A DNA stretch of 63,917 bases, filler included, from Craspedostauros australis (Eukaryota): assembly GCA_030167865.1 (NCBI GenBank). It is 12 parts of 12 records of this genome, joined end to end, with 100 filler letters (N's around TTAATTAATTAA, not from the genome) between each part and the next. Parts side by side here need not be neighbours in the genome. Positions count along the whole stretch, not along the records: positions 1 to 19,874 come from JALAGF010004013.1; 11 more parts are not named here. One strand, written 5' to 3'. The translations under genes were made by a program, and so were the position numbers. Positions within the stretch are counted from its first letter, which is position 1. Every line of letters starts with the position of its first letter. Below, piece by piece: positions 1-12,400 of this stretch. The notes under the pieces were generated by a model that was not told where the DNA came from, ran no database searches, and saw only the letters and a list, made by a program, of their open reading frames with translations.

Positions 1-1979
1 ATCGTTCGTGGTGAGAGGAGGGAGGCTTGCTGTTTTTGCTGTTTTCTTTGTTGCTGCTGACTATCGTGATGAGTGTGCTTCAATGCTTTGGCCAGATAGA
101 GCTTGGCTGTGTGCGCTGATGCGGTCTCGTTCGATTGGTTGCTGCTGTCCATCCATGGACCATCGTACTGTTCCGGAAGCTGCAGGGGCATCTTGAACCA
201 AATGATGTTGTTCGGTGTGCCCTTGGCATCCTTCAGCTTGCCTTGGAAAAAGCCGGTTGTCCCTCCCATCGTCTTGACCATGGTAGAGACGGAATGCAGC
301 AAGCTCTTTTTGGAGGCGAACAGCGCCTTGGCCTGGTGGGGCGTCATCAGTGTCTCGGCAGTGGCGTTCTGCTCGCATTCTACGATGAGATCATCTTGTG
401 TGTTGTTGGTGCGGACGCGGAGGTGGATCTCGTTGGTGTGATTGCTGGCGCCATTCCTGCTGAAGCGGTTGGTGGTTTCCGTCAACATGAAGAGGCATGA
501 CTTGAAGAGAAGGAGATCCTCCGCGACGATCTTCTTGGGAATCCCCTTCACGAACTCGATCGTGGTGGTGGTGGTCTTGGGAAAGGACGCCATGATGCGA
601 TCGAGGTTGGTGTACAGCTGCACCATGTCAACGATGGGGTACAGGATGTCGTTGAGATCATCTTGGAATGCTGCGGCCATTGATGAGAGGCCAGTGGGCG
701 CCAAGATGATGTCCGATGCGATCGTCTTCGGTCCGTTGGCTTGGTTGATCGTCTCGTCTGGACCGCCATTTCCGCCGCTGGCAGTACGGTCGCTGTGACC
801 ACCAGATGTTTCGGTGTCCGATGATGCGTTGGAGTGGGAGCCATGCATGGCATCCAAGGCCGCGAGCTCAGGGTCCTGCTCCATCAGGGTCCTGGTGGTG
901 GCAGAGCAGATCTGGGCTTGCATGGTGAGGGACTGGATGGCCTTGGACAACGCGGACTTGGCTTGCAGAGTGGTCATGGAATGCTTGCCGAGCTGCCGCA
1001 ACTCCTGTGCCGTCTTGGAGATGGTGCTGGATGTGGAGCGGAAGACTTCCGCCAGATCCATCGTGCGGCGTTCGTACTCCCGCTTGATGAATCGTTCGCG
1101 GCGAGAGACCATGATGTCCACGACGAGATCGCCCAGCTCCCGCAGCTGTGCGATCTGGTTGGCGGTGATCTTGATCGGTCCGTTCATGCCATCTTTCGTC
1201 CCGATCGTGCATAGCGTTCCGATGTTGTAGCCTTCGGGCGTCTTGAGGGCGACGCCGGCGTAGAACCGAACGTGGGGAGGTTCGGTGACCAAGACATTGT
1301 TGGCGAATCGAGGGTCCTTGGTGGTGTCTTCCACCAAGAGCATGTCCTTCTGGTTGAGGATGGCGTGGGCGCAGAAGGCGATGTTGCGCGGCATTTCGAA
1401 GACGCTGTCATCCTGCATTCCTACCTGCGACAGCCAGTACAGCCGCCCAAGGTCGACCAGGGAGATAAGCGACGCCATGTCATGCGAAGGGAAGAGCATC
1501 TGGGCCAACCGCGTGATACGATCGAATTCCCTCTGCGATTGTTCCTTCTCTTCTTGTGATCCGTGGCTGTCAAGGAGGAAGTAGCTCTGCAGGACCTGGA
1601 GTCGTTTCATCTCATCCTCCATGCATTGAGGTTTGGATGTGGCAGCGTCAGCATTGGAGATCTTCCACAGGCTTTCGCCGGTGTTGGGAGTGTCAGACGT
1701 AACACTGCCGGCGTCGCTGTGGGAGGAAGACGCGCTCATTGGCAGGTTGTCGGAAGCGTGATCAGCGATCGTCGCATCGTCCATCGTTTCCACGGTGGAT
1801 GGTGATGAATCCCATCGATTTGGTGGCTGCTTCGTTCCACGAGAACGTGTCCCCTTGCCATGGCCGCTGCCGCCCGTCAGCGCCGACCGCAGATCCTTTG
1901 TGTTAGTGAAATCATTTACGGATGGATTGGTGGAGTCCTCGTGTTTGAACCTTCGCGTGAGCTTCTTGAGGAACTTCAT
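1..1979 (-). CDS. GAF-domain sensor protein with degenerate histidine-kinase-like (HATPase-like) C-terminal region; 3' end runs off the window
   Basis: Manual translation from ATG 1979 (MKFLKKLTRRFKHED...) is open to base 1, so it is absent from the ORF track. It has a classic GAF signature: EDEMKRLQVLQSYFLLD..EFDRITRLAQ..SLISLVD..PRNIAFCAHAIL..VEDTTKDPRFANNVLVTEPPHVRFYAGVALKTPEGYNIGTLC. Further on, SLLHSVSTMVKTMGGTTG...IIWFKMPL resembles the HATPase_c end (LV..MGG...TFWF.LP). Confidence 0.85.
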   Translation of the reverse strand, partial: MKFLKKLTRRFKHEDSTNPSVNDFTNTKDLRSALTGGSGHGKGTRSRGTKQPPNRWDSSPSTVETMDDATIADHASDNLPMSASSSHSDAGSVTSDTPNTGESLWKISNADAATSKPQCMEDEMKRLQVLQSYFLLDSHGSQEEKEQSQREFDRITRLAQMLFPSHDMASLISLVDLGRLYWLSQVGMQDDSVFEMPRNIAFCAHAILNQKDMLLVEDTTKDPRFANNVLVTEPPHVRFYAGVALKTPEGYNIGTLCTIGTKDGMNGPIKITANQIAQLRELGDLVVDIMVSRRERFIKREYERRTMDLAEVFRSTSSTISKTAQELRQLGKHSMTTLQAKSALSKAIQSLTMQAQICSATTRTLMEQDPELAALDAMHGSHSNASSDTETSGGHSDRTASGGNGGPDETINQANGPKTIASDIILAPTGLSSMAAAFQDDLNDILYPIVDMVQLYTNLDRIMASFPKTTTTTIEFVKGIPKKIVAEDLLLFKSCLFMLTETTNRFSRNGASNHTNEIHLRVRTNNTQDDLIVECEQNATAETLMTPHQAKALFASKKSLLHSVSTMVKTMGGTTGFFQGKLKDAKGTPNNIIWFKMPLQLPEQYDGPWMDSSNQSNETASAHTAKLYLAKALKHTHHDSQQQQRKQQKQQASLLSPRT

Positions 1980-4178
1980 GGTCGAGGCTTGATGGTGGGT
2001 GGGTGGTGGAGTGGTGGAATGATTGAATGTTGTTCTGTTTGAGTATGGACGCGGTTTGTGTTGTTTGTTTGCGAATTATGTTCATGCGAATTATGGTTTG
2101 CAATGTGTGTGCAGTGAGTTGTTGTTGCTGCACAATCCCTCGTGTGGCTTCAATCGAATTCTGACGAGAACAAGCGGGCAACATCTTCCGCATGATGCGC
2201 AATGATGGCATGGAATGGGGCAGAGTGTCAGAAGCACAACGAAGCGAGGGAAACAGAACAGTGAGCATGTTTGGGCCTCATGTGCACGTGTTCGTGGCGG
2301 TTCCTTGTTGATGTGGGTCAGAAGTGTTCCGAAATTTTGGAGACGATCCTCACCTTGGTTCACCTTTGCACTCTGGTTCATCTCCAAATGAGTATTTGGC
2401 GCGCCAAAAGTCCACGTTTCTGCTTCGTGAGATGGTGAAGGCAAGTCTTTCGGTGAAGGGAGTCGAAATACGTAGGTTGATTGCGTATGCTTTTGTAGCG
2501 TGGGAGTAACTGTTTTGTTTGTCTTTTCGGTGCGCTGAGCGCTTCATGTTGCCATTCAAGGCGCATTTGTCCGTCCCCCTCTTGTGTGTTCACTGGTTTG
2601 AACAACAATGATGGCTGCTGTTGTCGTCGTTGCTTCGAACGGCAGCGGGGCAGAGCAGCATGCTGTACGATCCACTCTCCTCGTGCGGCTATTCCAATAC
2701 TCTGTGCCCATGGTTCCCACCAAGAGAGAGCAACAACATCGCACGGCAGTATCACATACCAACATCACGAAACAGAGCACGAATGGAGCAGACGGCTCCA
2801 ACGCAGCCAAAAGCGCGAAGCCAAATGCTATGCAGTGAGGAGAGAAACCAACGAGTGGCTGCCGGAATCATTTCACTGCATTCAGCACGCCTCTTCGACC
2901 GAAATTGTGAGCCGCCATGCCGCTTCTGGAATCGCCTTGACGCGAGAACGGTGGATCCAAAAGAGAACCTGCGTGCGTTAGTGGTCGTAGAAAATTGGCG
3001 AGGTTCGGAAACTCACATCCGAGATGGTCAATACGAAAGGAAATGTCGTGATTGTTTGTTGCAGTCAAAGGCTCGGTAAGCAACGAAAGCGCTTGGATTG
3101 TTCATGTACAATTATGTCCAAGGAACAAGCTGTGACAGCAATACTCTACCTCTTCTGGACAGTTGAAGCGTAGACAGGTGCCACGCACGCTCACCAACTA
3201 ATCAGAGTCATTGTCCAGTCATCGAGGATGGCGACTCTGTGACACTTGATGGCCACCGATGTCTTGTTGCGCTTTGATTTCGCCGGAGGAACAAGACCGG
3301 AGAAAGTTGAAGACAGACAGCATCCAAATCCCACAATTTTACATGGAACACCACACATCCTTCATACTGACAAACGCACAGACAATGAGACATTGTTTGG
3401 AAATTGTCACGGTATCAGTCTGACAGTATGTCCACCAGCTTTTTGGTGCCTGTATTTGCGGTGAAATACATATTATACAACATTTAGGCCAATGGCGGAG
3501 CGTGTCAACCACGTCTCCCACCAACCAAAAACAACAACGAAACACCAACATGCCGCGAAACATGTCGCAGACGATGACGACACCAACGACGGTTCAATGG
3601 CAACAGATTTGAATTGACGCTGGCAATGCTATCTCAGAGAACAAAAGGTGCATCGGCATGGAGTACGAGCCATTGGTGGAGAAGAGTGGAGTCCAAGTAC
3701 TACTATTACATCATCATCAAGACCAAGAGATTAGAAGAGGAAGAGAGCAAGAATCAAAGGAGAAGGAAGACGAAGAGGAAAGCCTGCACAAACAGGCAAG
3801 CACAAGGGAAGCGAGAGCGAGAGCGACAGAAGCTGAAATCGCATCGTGCTTCTCTTTGTTGCGTTCGTCACCACTCATCGCCGTTCGTTTCGTTGGTGAG
3901 AACCCGAAGCCCCAACTTCCCAAGAGCAACCCGAACGAGTGTTCCACATCCATTGCTTCCCTGTGCCTCCTCGATCATCAGCCATAACATTACCCCAGGA
4001 TTGGCTCCACACCTCTATTTTCATCCTTGTGTGCACAATCAATCAAGGAGTTGAAGAGAAAAGAACACAAGGAAGGAAGACAAGGAACAGAGAGAGAGAG
4101 AGAGTGAAGAGGAAGCCCCAAAGAGCAACAGCATTCAACCTTCGCACTGCGCATACATCACACAGCCAAACAGCAACC

Positions 4179-5663
4179 ATGAAAGCATCGAAGCTGATCC
4201 TGAGGCGCATGGCGCGTCAAGTCGCTTTGATTCGTCCCGCGGCTGCAGCGTGCGTCCCCCAATCTACAGCATGGCCATCAACGCATTCCCAATGCCAACT
4301 GCGCAATATGCGGCAATGCAGGTCTCATCCGACGAGCCATGTTGTCGCCCGGTTTTCTTCCATGCCAATTGCATCAGATGTGGTTGTGGAAGACAGTGAC
4401 GAAGATGAGGACGATCACGATAACGACGATGAGTACGGCCATGGCAGCGCCATCGATGATCCGGCGTGGGATCCAAACAACACCGCGATTTCAACAACGA
4501 ATCAGACAGAAGTCAAGAAACACTGCCCCACGTGCGCATGCGATCATGATCAAACGCACAGCGATGATCACGATCATCCGTCGGAACCCTACCCTTGCGG
4601 CAGCGCTCAGCACGAGAATGAAGGGAACGAGCTGCCACCGGATATGCCAGAACCATCGTATTCCGTCTACATGCGCATCTTGCCATCGACTTTGATTGCG
4701 ATGCGATCGCAAGCCGGCAAGACCTACCTGCAAGAGGCCATGGCGCAACAAACGGCCGAACCCTACCTCGCGTTGATGGAGCAATTCATGAATCAAAGCG
4801 AACCGGCATTCTGCGGCGTCACGACTCTGTGCATGGTGCTCAATGCCATGGGCGTCGATCCCAACGTAAGGTGGCGCGGTGGCTGGAGGTGGTACGGCAG
4901 CGAGGACGTGCTGCTGGACCGTTGCTGCTTGTCGGCCGAGCGCATCCGCCGCGTGGGAATCGCGCTGGAAGAATTCGAGCAGCTGGGTCGCTGCCAAGGT
5001 CTTTCCATCCAGCTGAAGCGCCCATTTCCGCCTGCGTCGGCGGAACAAATGCCGTCGTCGTCATTTTCGTCGGGCCATTCCGTGGAGGACTTTCGGAATG
5101 ACATTCTGCGGTTGTTGACGAACACAGCCACCACAACACCAGCAATGCCAGCGGCCAACGCCAACGCCAACGCAAATAACAGCGATGGCAGTCACCATCA
5201 TCCATACCAACAACAGCACGCCCTGGAAGAGAACGTGAAGAATCCAATCGTCGTCGTATCATTCTCCCGTTCCGCTCTGGGTCAAACGGGAGACGGCCAT
5301 TTCTCACCATTGGCGGCCTATCATGCACCGACCGACTCCGTCCTCGTCCTGGACGTGGCGCGGTTCAAGTATACACCGTACTGGGTCCCAGTGGAAGATC
5401 TGTATCGCAGCATGCAACCCCTCGATTCCACCACCAACAAATCACGGGGTTGGCTCCTCCTACATCCCGCGCTCATAGCCCAAGATGGGCATGATAGGGA
5501 CACCAACGACAGCATGACGGCCGTGACAGCCGAGCATGCCATTGAGGTCATGGAACGGCGCCGGCCTGCGAAGACAGTGCCGGTGGTAGGACAAGGGGAT
5601 GTCTGTCCTGTGGGATCGATCAAAGTTGAATACTGCAAAGTGAATCCAAATGCAATTCAATAA
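4179..5663 (+). CDS. PCS: Phytochelatin synthase (glutathione gamma-glutamylcysteinyltransferase) with N-terminal presequence-like extension
   Basis: The catalytic-triad motifs are all present: QSEPAFCG (Cys), GGWRWY, GQTGDGHFSP (His) and VLDVARFKY (Asp). The first in-frame ATG is at 4179 (MKASKLILRRMARQ); the track's start at 3939 is a non-ATG codon. Confidence 0.93.
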   Translation: MKASKLILRRMARQVALIRPAAAACVPQSTAWPSTHSQCQLRNMRQCRSHPTSHVVARFSSMPIASDVVVEDSDEDEDDHDNDDEYGHGSAIDDPAWDPNNTAISTTNQTEVKKHCPTCACDHDQTHSDDHDHPSEPYPCGSAQHENEGNELPPDMPEPSYSVYMRILPSTLIAMRSQAGKTYLQEAMAQQTAEPYLALMEQFMNQSEPAFCGVTTLCMVLNAMGVDPNVRWRGGWRWYGSEDVLLDRCCLSAERIRRVGIALEEFEQLGRCQGLSIQLKRPFPPASAEQMPSSSFSSGHSVEDFRNDILRLLTNTATTTPAMPAANANANANNSDGSHHHPYQQQHALEENVKNPIVVVSFSRSALGQTGDGHFSPLAAYHAPTDSVLVLDVARFKYTPYWVPVEDLYRSMQPLDSTTNKSRGWLLLHPALIAQDGHDRDTNDSMTAVTAEHAIEVMERRRPAKTVPVVGQGDVCPVGSIKVEYCKVNPNAIQ

Positions 5664-6150
5664 TAGTGTTGTTTCGAGTGTCGTTGGGAGGAACACTCTT
5701 GGAGAGGATAAGGGGTTCTGCCCATACTCGGACCACACAGCACGTACTCCGCGGAGATGCTCCACAAGTAGGTAACCTGACAACACAAATATAAAAGAAT
5801 AGATCAGTTTTGCAACAGACCCGAGGGATGCTCGCTGTCATGACCGCCGCAATATATTATACGTGTAGAACACAAGTGCTGCATACGAGTATCTACTTTT
5901 ATAGAGTACACAATTACATAACGTAAGCAGTCATGCGATGCAGAGCGCCACATGCTGCTTCTACTCTAATCGTACGCGCACAATGATCTGGATTGCCACC
6001 GCCCATTCCTATGCAGCCTTCGCTCCCTCTCTGGTCTATCCAGATGGCACCACTTCACTCCGCTCCACTTCATTTCATTTTACATTCTCGACATTAACTG
6101 CTCCCACACCCACCACATTCCCCGCATCAATTCAATTCTTCTGCACGACA

Positions 6151-8058
6151 TCAGAAATGCTGAACACGCTTGCTGCGCGGCGTCGACACGAGAATTTCCA
6201 TCAAATTGAGATTGCGCGACGCTTTCCGCCGACGGCTTTCCGTCAGGAACAGGGTGTGCAACTCGGCATCCTCGGCCGCGTCGAGCGTATCATGCTGCGT
6301 CATGGCCCATAGTTCGACGTTGGTGACCTTGAACTCCTTGCCGCGCAGATGGCTGTCGATGAGACAGGGATTGCCGAAGGTCTCGCTCGTGCTCGTGGAT
6401 CCGGAGCTCATCGTGGCGTTCAATCGGATGGCGTTGCCGTAGTGCTGACCGCCGCAGCTCATGTCGGAGATCTCGCAGTCACCGATGGCGAGACGTTCGT
6501 TCATGCAGAATTGGACGTGGTTGTTGTGACACGTGTAGGGAAAGACATCGAGCTTGCTCTCGTTGAGGGCCTGCTGCATGACGGATTGGGAGGATTCCTT
6601 GCGCGAACGTCGCATGCGCCACAGGAAGGAATCGCTGGTGCCGTAGTAGTATCCGCCGAGCTTCCACGGCTCGGTGGTGAAGCAGCCAAAGACGTTGCCG
6701 TCCGTCGTTTCGATCGCGAGGATTGTGTGCGTCGACGCGCGGCAGTGCCGCAGCATCTTGAGGAGGCCGGGCCCGTCGCGAACGAGGGAGAATTTGAGCA
6801 GGAAGTTGTGCTCGTGCAACGATTCTGGCATGAATCCCTGCAGACCTTCCATGAGGGGTGGCGACAGCACGTGCGGGTGGCACGATGTGTCCATCGCGGA
6901 TGTGCCGAGGATTTTGAAGGATCCCGCTGTGGGTGCCGGAATCACTTGATTGCCATCCTCATCCAACTCGGCGCCGCTGTCGCCATCAATCCAAGAATCG
7001 ACGTCCACGAATGGATTCCATCGGTTGCGACGATTCGCCACCGGTTCCTCGTCATCGGATTCCGGATCCCAGGAGGGATCCCGTATGATGGAATTGCGGT
7101 CCACCAATCGTTTCGGCGGTCCTGGATTGGCCTTTGCACTGTTGATGGTTGCGTTGGCGGTGTTGTTGTTGTTTGCATTGGTGTTTGCGATTGCGATGGT
7201 ACTGGCCGACGCCGTGACAGCATCCACCGCATCAGAAGGCGAGGCGGACGACGACGCCATCGTGTTGCCGGACGTATCGAAATCACCCGCCACAATGGAT
7301 GACGCCGAGTAGGTGTGGTTGGAACCTGACAGAAGTCCATCTCGTTTGGACACGCGCGAACTCAACTTGCGCAGCAGCTGGCTCGGTGCAAAGGACGTGC
7401 GCTCGTGCAGCTTGTAGAGCTGCTGCTGCAGATCCGAATCGCGGCGACCCAGCAGCTTGTGCTGTCGCGGCGGCGATTGATTCTGGCGTTGATCGCCGTT
7501 GTCCGGCGTCGGCGGGAAGAGCTCCTTGTCTGCCAGCTTGGCGCTGGCGCGGCGGATCGATTCGAGGTCCTCCGATTTGAGCAGGTTCTCGAGGTACTTG
7601 CGTTCGCTGGTGGTGAGTTGGGATGATGAATCGAGGCTGGTGCGAAAGTCCTGCGTCGACTTGGTTCCGGACGATGAACCGAACGACTTCGAAGCGAAGC
7701 TTGTGAGGTTGGTCGACAGGTAGTCCTCCATGTCGATCGGTTTGGAGGAGAAGCGCGGTGCGAAAGACGCCTGCCACATGGCCTTCAGCAAGCCTCTTCT
7801 GGCCTCGTTGACCGTGTTTTCATTCTCGTGTTGCCCTTGCCCTTGCCCTTGCTCTTCTCCTTGCTGCCGCTGCTTCTGTTGTTGCCGTTGTTGCTGCTGC
7901 TGGTTTTCCTTCTGATCCGTCTGAGGTTGGGTTGGTGGCTTGCGACTGGGCTGCTGCTGATTCTGATGATGATTCTGATGCTGGCCAGTAATGTCGTTCT
8001 TGCTGATCTCTGCACGGTCAGCAGATGTGGGTGCCACAGGTGGTCTTGTCCTCGTCAT
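6151..8058 (-). CDS. TLDc (OXR1/NCOA7-like) domain protein with long disordered N-terminus
   Basis: C-terminal LKFSLVRDG..L..MLR..R....TILAIETTDGNVFGCFTTEPWK...YYGT.DSFLW..LAIG..STSETFGNPCL..F.V.NVELW is a TLDc signature. Single 635-aa ORF. Confidence 0.9.
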   Translation of the reverse strand: MTRTRPPVAPTSADRAEISKNDITGQHQNHHQNQQQPSRKPPTQPQTDQKENQQQQQRQQQKQRQQGEEQGQGQGQHENENTVNEARRGLLKAMWQASFAPRFSSKPIDMEDYLSTNLTSFASKSFGSSSGTKSTQDFRTSLDSSSQLTTSERKYLENLLKSEDLESIRRASAKLADKELFPPTPDNGDQRQNQSPPRQHKLLGRRDSDLQQQLYKLHERTSFAPSQLLRKLSSRVSKRDGLLSGSNHTYSASSIVAGDFDTSGNTMASSSASPSDAVDAVTASASTIAIANTNANNNNTANATINSAKANPGPPKRLVDRNSIIRDPSWDPESDDEEPVANRRNRWNPFVDVDSWIDGDSGAELDEDGNQVIPAPTAGSFKILGTSAMDTSCHPHVLSPPLMEGLQGFMPESLHEHNFLLKFSLVRDGPGLLKMLRHCRASTHTILAIETTDGNVFGCFTTEPWKLGGYYYGTSDSFLWRMRRSRKESSQSVMQQALNESKLDVFPYTCHNNHVQFCMNERLAIGDCEISDMSCGGQHYGNAIRLNATMSSGSTSTSETFGNPCLIDSHLRGKEFKVTNVELWAMTQHDTLDAAEDAELHTLFLTESRRRKASRNLNLMEILVSTPRSKRVQHF

Positions 8059-9445
8059 GTTGCTTTCTCAGATATTGGTACACTGCCCCTCCTTTCGATC
8101 TCGGACTGAAGGGTGTGGACGGGGAACGGAGAACGGAGTGAAGATCGGAAAGTCAACACTCGTCTGTGTGCTCTTTTATCCGTGATAGTTTGTCCTGTCT
8201 CGTGGCCAGTCTTCTGCTTGTGTTCTGGTTTGCCTTGCCTTGTCGTTTGTGTGGGCACTTGTGCGGACGCGGAGTCTGATGATTGCCGCGAGTGTATTTG
8301 TCCAGCTGCAGTCGGCAGTATGGAAATGGCTGCGTGTCGATGGTGCGAGGCGTGTGTCGGTTGAATGGAAATCCGCGATTGTGCAGATGGAACTCACGGA
8401 CTTTCTCGCACTCACTTGTTTTGTGCGGCGGGTGGAGTTGGATTGTTCTTTGTGGTGTCCTTTTTGCACGGATGATGCTGACGTTGTCCGTATCGTTGGA
8501 TGCGCAACTTGGGTTCCAGTTCGTTGCAACCTCGACTCTCTGTTCGTTGTTTTCTGTGGTGCGATCTGTCTCCTGCAATACGTGTACGGAGTTCAACAGA
8601 AGAAGAAGAGTCGCATGTCCTCACGAAGAGCGAGCGATGTTGACAATGGCGATTGTGTGGATTTGCAGAACAATGATTCTGATTCTTGTGATGATGATGA
8701 TGATGATGATGATGAAAGATGATGTGCTGTAATCTGATCTCCCTTCCGCTCACTCTGCCAGTCCGAGTACTGAAGATCACTTGCGTCTCATTCAAGTTGG
8801 CTTCTGCGTGCTTCGTTTCGTCGTGCGTTGAAATACTGACAAAGCCGCAACCATTCAACCCTCAAGCTAACCATTCGTCCAATCGCGTAAAATTTGCCCG
8901 AGTGTGCACGAACACCTCATTGCAAAAATCCCCCATCCATGTGTTTCGTCGGCATAAATCTCCATAAAGTATCCGTTGCAACGACTATTGTAACTGCACA
9001 AATCTGCGCGAACCTAACAAACATGTCATCACATCTATCGCCCTTAATAACGTCACGGCTAACGCCACAAATGGAGAAACGGGATTGCCCGCGTGTTGCT
9101 GTTGACACATTCAACACGAACCGATGCGAGTGTGTGTGACGCAATGAACGGGAAAACACGGTGTATTTGAGACTATTCCAGTACGTTGGGCGCAATGTTT
9201 CGCACGACACACATTCCAATCCACCGTCTCACATTTCGGAGTGGCGAAACGCGTCGCCAACTCATCGCATCGCTTGCGTCTCTTCGCCCACACAACCGCC
9301 TTCGCCATAGTCACAGCAAATGCAGCAAACAGAACAGGTGTCTCTCAGCTTAATGTTTACAATATCAATACGTAGGTATTACATTACATCGCATTACATT
9401 ACATTACATTCCATGTTTGGTTGCTGTTGCTGTTGCTGTTGTTGT

Positions 9446-12400
9446 TCAGATCTCCATTCGGTGATGCTCAGCTGGAGATGGTGAGGGATAGCCGAAGCTG
9501 TTGTTCATGCTGTTGTTGTTGTTGTTGTTGACAGCCATGGGTGTTCCCCAGTTCAGCGGAGAGAAGGCCTCCTGGGGGAAGAATGGGTCGGATGAAGAGC
9601 CGCCGAAGCCATCATCGAAGCCATTCATAGCCATGTCGCCACCATTGTTGCTTGTTCCTGCCTCCGCTCCTCCGGATCCTCCGCCGAAACCAGCACCGTC
9701 ATCGTCACCACTGAACGGATCGAACACATCTTTGCTGCGGCGTCTGGACTTTGAGGTCGACTTGTTGGATTTCTCCGTCACGAACGAAGTCTCCTGTTGC
9801 GACAGCCAGTTCTTCGAGCTGGGGGACACCTCATCCTTCTTCGCCACTCGCTGTGCCTGGTGACGAGGTTGGCGCATCTGGTTGGGTTGGTGACGAGGAG
9901 CTTGCATCTGCAGGTGGGCAGGTCGTGGGGCTCTGGCCCCGAGGCCCTGCTGATGCGTGGGCCTTTGCATCGACGAATGCATCTGATTCTGCTGTTTCTG
10001 CTGTTGTTGCTGAAGCTGAAGCGCCTGCTTCATGTAGTCGCCATCATTATCGGCGTTATTGTCGTCCAACTGCGCAAGGAGATGCGGCTGCTGGCTGAGC
10101 TTGAAATCCAACACTGGCTTGGGCTCGACCAAGGGTGACGGGTCCGGGTCCATGAAATCGAGATCAGGATCACGATCGGCCCATCCATCAGTATCCACGA
10201 AGCCGTCACCACCGCTGGATTCCATGGCGTTGTCGTTGCCGTTCCCGCTCCAAAAGTCAAGAACTCGCCTTTCTCCACGACCTCCGCCAGCAGCAGAAGC
10301 AGCACCAGCCGCTGGCGGCCTGCCTTCGAGTTCGGGGGTTGGCATGAACGGCAATCCGCCGCGGTCGGCCGTTCTCTGCTGCCCTGACCCCTGCGGGGAT
10401 TCGGGCACTCTACCACCTTTCCATCCTTCGATGGCATGAGAGCGTTCCTTCACACTTGGAGATTTGCCGCCCGCATCTGGGTCGCCTGCGGAACCGTACG
10501 TCTTGGGATCTCCGAACACAACATCTGAATCCACATCCGAGTTGATCTCCATGAGGTCAGGGTCCGCGTACGTGCGCGGAATGAAGTCCAGCCCATGCTG
10601 CTGTTGCTGCTCTCGTCCTACGGGCTTCTGACCGTAGTACATGGCACCGACACGATCTGGTGTCTCGTACTTCGCCTCAGGCGATGCGAAGTTGGCCTCG
10701 ACCCGCGGATCCGGTCGGTTGCCTCTGGGTTCGTCCATGATGTCACCGGCGTTCATTTCACGAATGAATTCCTCAGCCGTGGCTTCCAGGTCGTGGTCCA
10801 CCTCGACGCTGCCGGAACGTCCCATCATGCGCTGTTGTCCGTCGGGATCCTCAGGCATCGGTGATGGCAAGAGGCTCTCTCCGTGAATGGGAGACGACTT
10901 GCGTCGCCGTCGGATACTCTCGGGCGTTTCTTCGCCGTAGTAGATTGCTCGGTACACTTCGTTGTCCTTGCGTGACGGGGTGAGCTTGGGCAGCCTTTTG
11001 TCGTCCAGCTTGGAGTCATCAGCAGGCACGGGTTGCTGTGCTTGCAGTGGTTGTTGTTGTTGTTGCTGCTGCTGCTGCTGCTGCTGTTCTTCGGCAGGTG
11101 GGAGAAGATCATCCTCCACGGAATCATCGTCCACAAAGTGCGGTTCAAGCAGCCCCTTCGGTGCTGTTGGCTTGTTCTCTGTTGGTTCCTCAAGGCGTTT
11201 TTCCATCTCCGGTGGGAGAGTCTCCGGAATGGAGCTGGTGTTACCACCGGGCAATTCCCCGCTTCCGTATGAGGTATCGTCTTCGCCGAACTCATTCGAC
11301 CTGTTCTCATAGTTGCGAGCCTCATCGTAATCGGCAATGAGCGTGGAATCAGCGGCCATGCGGGAGATGTCCTTGTGATCTTCTTGTATTGGCGCTGCTG
11401 GACCTTCTTCCGTGGTTGCGCTGCCGTCATTGTGGGTGTCGTCAAAGTAGATCTCACCGTCGTCCATGCTGCTCAGCTGTGCATCCAATGGAGTGGATGC
11501 ATCGTAGTAGACCTCGCTGCTCGCCATGCTCTCGATGGGGAGCATCTTCGCGGAATCTTCGTCGGCACTCTTCTTTTCTTCGATGATGCCACGATCTTGG
11601 TACAACCCGCGTTCCTGTTGAAGCTGGTGTGGGTTGTGCGCAGTCTTCTGCATGCCGTCTTGCATGCGCTGTTGCCACGCAGAATTCTGCGCATCACCTG
11701 CCAATGGTTGCTGGTAGTCCTCGCCGTTCATGTCTCCACCTTCCTCATAATCCTGCTCCGCGAGATTCATCTGATCAAATCTCTCCTCCATGCCAGTACC
11801 GTTGTCCATGCCACCAGCATCCATTTGTGTTGTTTGGGCTAGTGGTTGTGATGACGATGGTGATGGTGCGCGGGCTGGTTGGTATCCCGTGGCGGATGGC
11901 AAGATGAATGGTGCAGCAGGTTGGGATGCCCTGGGTGACTCTCTTGCGGGTGGTGGCTGCGTGCTGTACGCCTTCGCCGATGGCAGAGTGATTGGTCCTG
12001 GATTTGCTGCCTTCGGCGGTGCTGGTGCAGGAGTTGGCGTAGATTGTTGATAATTACCGCCATTGTTGCTGTATTCGTAGCCACCAGAGCTGTGCCGTGA
12101 TGAAGTCGATGCTTGGCGTGAGATTGTGCCATCGTTTGCGTATGGATGCTGTTGCAGTGTATGGTCGTTCATTCCAACGCCGACGTAATGAGCGACGTTG
12201 TCATTGTTGTTGCTGTTGCTGACCTCGCTCTGCCGCAACGTCTCCTTCACATCTTCTGGCAAATCCATCTTTTGACCCTGCGATCGGTTCTTCCAGTAAT
12301 TGAGCAACGATGATCCACGTTGGGCTGGTGGAGGGACGTCCTGCCTCCGTACGGTGGCGCTGGACTGGAGGTTCACCTCGTGTCGCTTCACCATCTTCGG

